Positions 60,765 through 64,000 of a DNA stretch of 64,000 nucleotides are shown here, in pieces. The notes under the pieces are model-generated. The model made no database searches and was not told the origin of the DNA. It saw nothing but the letters and a program-made list of their open reading frames with translations. The number at the start of each line of letters is the position of its first letter. Position 1 is the stretch's first letter. Source of the DNA: Azolla caroliniana (Eukaryota > Plantae > Polypodiophyta); contig JBHGNT010000017.1 of assembly GCA_043228905.1 (NCBI GenBank), positions 17,980,001 through 18,044,000 on the forward strand, written 5' to 3'. The position numbers and the translations under genes were made by a program.

Positions 60765-62418
60765 ATGGCTCTGCTTCGTTGTTCTAACACTCTGCTCCGC
60801 TCCATCAGACTCGCCCCTCACTCGCAGGCCCTTCTGCCGCACCAATGCAGCCGCCATTTCTTCTCCTCTACTCCCAATCCGGACGATCACGAAGAGGGAG
60901 AACACGCTCAGAATAAGAAGAATAAGAAAGAAGCTCATGAGGTCTCCACGAACGCCAAATGTGCAGAAGATGGATCCTCTTCTACCATTAAAACCAAGAA
61001 GAAGAAGAAGGTAAAAACAGAGGTCTCCCTTGACCATACCGATGAAGAAAGTGGAATTAAAAGCAAGAGCAAGATCAAAAGCAAGAAGAAAGAAACTGAT
61101 GCTGCGGCTAAAGATCCCGATTCTCTGCTTGTCAAGTCTTTGAAGAAACAAATCAATGAAGTCACGGATCTTGCAAACAAGTTCCAGGTATTTTCTTTCA
61201 TCTTCTGATGCTCATTTTCTCAATGTAAGGATGTGAGATCCCTGTGAAAATACGCAGATTTATTGATGATATGCATGTACTTCTGATAATTCAACAATGT
61301 TTGATTTGTTCGAATTTGAAGACCTATTGTGCGTATATCCACTAGCAGACGTAGGTTTTGTTCATATAAGTGTGTGATCCTATAGAAAGTTGCAACCATT
61401 TGTTGTCTATATAAATTTCAACCACATCCACATGCACGAAATTTGTTTATGTAAATGATGTAAAGTCTAGACAGATTTACAGATATATAGCGGAAAAGAA
61501 CCATGTACATGGTCTAACTTGCATTAGTGCATATGGATTAATGTAATGCTAAGATCTGTACACACTAGAGATTCACAGATTAAAAAAGCGTTCACAATTC
61601 TATATTTTTAAAGCAATCCATGGAGGATTAACATCAGAGAAATGTACTGATAAGCACAGTGTGTGTACCAACAACTATTGTTGGCAAATGATTTATGTTG
61701 CAGCTCGTTTTGATGCTTATGATTTTATTCATCGATTCCATTTACTTCTCTAATAGACTGAAGTTCGAGGCTCATTCAAGCTATTTGAGGTTGTCCCGAA
61801 TGAAGGAAGTAGTGATCTCACGTTACGAAGGATTATTGGCAAAGAAGAAGTTATAGTGAAATGCTTATTAGATCTAGAAAATCCACATGGTGAAGACCAT
61901 GGTGAAGACTCTTCCTCTGAAAATGAAAACAGCGACGATGATTTGAAGATTTCTCAATGTTTAACTCTCAATGTTCAAATCTCCAAAGATTCATCCAAAG
62001 AAGATCAACCGCGAGTCGCATTCTTGTGCTCATATGCCAAGGGAGAAACCATAGTGATTGAAGATATTGCATATCTTGGAACTTCAATCCACGACAAATT
62101 TCCCTATTCGGGTCCTTGCTTCCAGTAAGTGTTTCCTTTCTATGAAAATGATCCACCTTGTTCTTTGCATAGAATTGAAATTTTAGTGATATCGGTCTAT
62201 GAACATATGTTGCCTTTTTTGATCTTTCTTTGTGCATTTTGTGTTTTGTATTGTCCAGGGACTTGAATGATAACTTGAAACAGGTTTTCCAGAGTGTGCT
62301 CAAGGCTAGAGGTATCAACTCAAGCCTAGCTGAAACTATAGTGGAACATTTAACAAATCAGTACCAAGATGAATATATTGGGTGGTTAAAGAAAGTTCGA
62401 GATTTTCTTGTTCGCTGA
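60765..62418 (+). CDS. Mitochondrial glycoprotein (MAM33/gC1qR) family; exons 60765-61187, 61757-62124, 62259-62418
   Basis: Presequence-like MALLRCSNTLLRSIR; LTLRR..GKEEVIV; YSGPCFQDLNDNLK..RGINSSL..EYIGWLKKVRDFL. Confidence 0.88.
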
Positions 62419-62814
62419 AAGTGCTTAAGGGTTATTAAATGTGAAAAGCTTCGGGGATCACCATTGAATCAGTGTGTGGACGAAGGCAGCCATAACATAA
62501 CATCACCTCGGTTGCTTAGAATCAATGATAATGTAATACCTTTGGTTGATTTGGGGTTACAAACATACAATTTTGTAATTTTGGATTTTGTTTTGTTGAT
62601 TTGCGGGCACTCATATTTTCTTGTTTTTTGGTTTGTACAAACTTGATGGTTTGTACAAACTTGACGCCGTTCTGGTGATACCATTCTTTATAATCGATGA
62701 ATTTGAGAACCAAGGAAGCCCTCAGTCCGCATATCAGCAAATCAATCAAGCAGTAAGCCCATATTCACAATAATTGGATGGACTCTTTTTCAAACCTTCT
62801 GTTTTGAAACATTT

Positions 62815-62914
62815 NNNNNNNNNNNNNNNNNNNNNNNNNNNNNNNNNNNNNNNNNNNNNNNNNNNNNNNNNNNNNNNNNNNNNNNNNNNNNNNNNNNNNN
62901 NNNNNNNNNNNNNN
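62815..62914. other. Assembly gap (100 N)
   Basis: Run of n. Confidence 1.
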
Positions 62915-64000
62915 AGCCCAGTCAGCATCGGTGTAGCCGACTAACTGCGCGGCTGCACCGGTCCGATATAGCAGTCCCCGGTCCTTAGTGCCGTTGACAT
63001 ACCGAAGTATGCGTTGCGCACACTGAAGGTGTTCCTCGGTAGGTTGCGCCATGAACTGACTGATCACTCCGACCGGATAACTGAGGTCGGGTCGGGTGAT
63101 GGTCAAGTATATGAGGCTTCCGACAATTTGTCGGAACCTCATCGGGTCGCATACCGTTCCCGTATCGGGACGAAGCTTGACGGTTCTGTCCAGAGGAGTC
63201 GAGACTGACTTACAGTCAGCCATCCCGAATTTGAAGAGCATACTCAGCACGTAGTGACGTTGGCTAATCAATATGCCTTCGGGGGTACGGATCACTTCGA
63301 TCCCGAGGAAGTAATGAAGGTCCCCCAGATCCTTCATGTCGAATGATGCTGCAAGCTGGAGCTTCACGCGGTCGATTTCACGTAGGTCGGCGCCAATGAT
63401 GACCAAGTCATCAACATATAGTAAAATACTGACTGGTCCGAGTCGACCTTTCCGGATGAACAGGGAAGAGTCCGATTTTGACGTGACGAAGCCCATCCGA
63501 CGCAGTTGTTGCGTGATCTTCACGTTCCAGACACGCGGGGCTTGCTTCAGTCCGTAAAGGGACTTCTTCAGTCGGCATACTGCCGAGGAGTTCGTTCCAG
63601 AGTGAAATCCGGGAGGCTGTACCATGTACACCTGTTCCTCAAGGTCACCTTGCAGGAACGCATTCTTTACATCCATCTGATGTAAGTGCCACCCCTTCAC
63701 CGCAGCTACTGCGAGCAAAACACGGATGGTCGTCATTTTCGCGACCGGCGTAAACGTCTCTTCGTAGTCGATGCCGTGTTTCTGCGCGTAGCCCTTTGCC
63801 ACTAGCCGAGCCTTGTACCGGTTGACCGAGCCATCGGTGTTGTACTTGACCTTGTACACCCACCTACACCTGATCGGTTTTACTCCTCTTGGTGCGTCAA
63901 CCAGGTCCCAGGTCTCGTTCTCCGCCAATGCGTGCAACTCTTCCTCCATCGCGGCACGCCAATTCGCGTCTTTAGCCGCTTCTGCGTAGCTCTCCGGCTC
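62915..64000 (-). mobile_element. Copia RT and start of RNase H, open frame, related to the decayed element at 21742-26730; continues beyond window
   Basis: ENETWDLV, YKARLVAKGY, LHQMDVKNAFL, LYVDD, GYTDADWA. Confidence 0.93.

Noticed and set aside
62765-62914. Copia ORF extension ending MFQNRRFEKESIQLL
   Set aside because: Artefact of translating across the 100-N gap

Overview
Land-plant nuclear DNA with spliceosomal genes among nested transposons; a fern or other seed-free plant is my impression only, not proven. Host genes: last exon of an LRAT/NC-domain gene, ABC1K7, an RRM/SR-rich gene, TRAPPC4, an orphan basic ORF, an RDR1/RDR2-type RNA-dependent RNA polymerase pseudogene, NUF2 plus a decayed duplicate of its 3' end, and a MAM33-family gene. 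Mobile DNA: a decayed Copia, a near-complete RTE-X-like LINE with several fragments, a tRNA-Trp-primed LTR, an intact Copia with TG..TA ends, a Gypsy remnant, hAT- and Mutator-like MITEs, and a Copia fragment at the right edge. Best candidates for novelty: (1) a ParB/Srx-fold ORF in front of a condensed Gypsy pol and LTR; (2) a 17-nt complementarity between the LINE's ORF2 start and its 3' UTR that competes with the 3' hairpin; (3) one LINE apparently split by a ~20-kb block. All alignments were done by eye; no searches were run.
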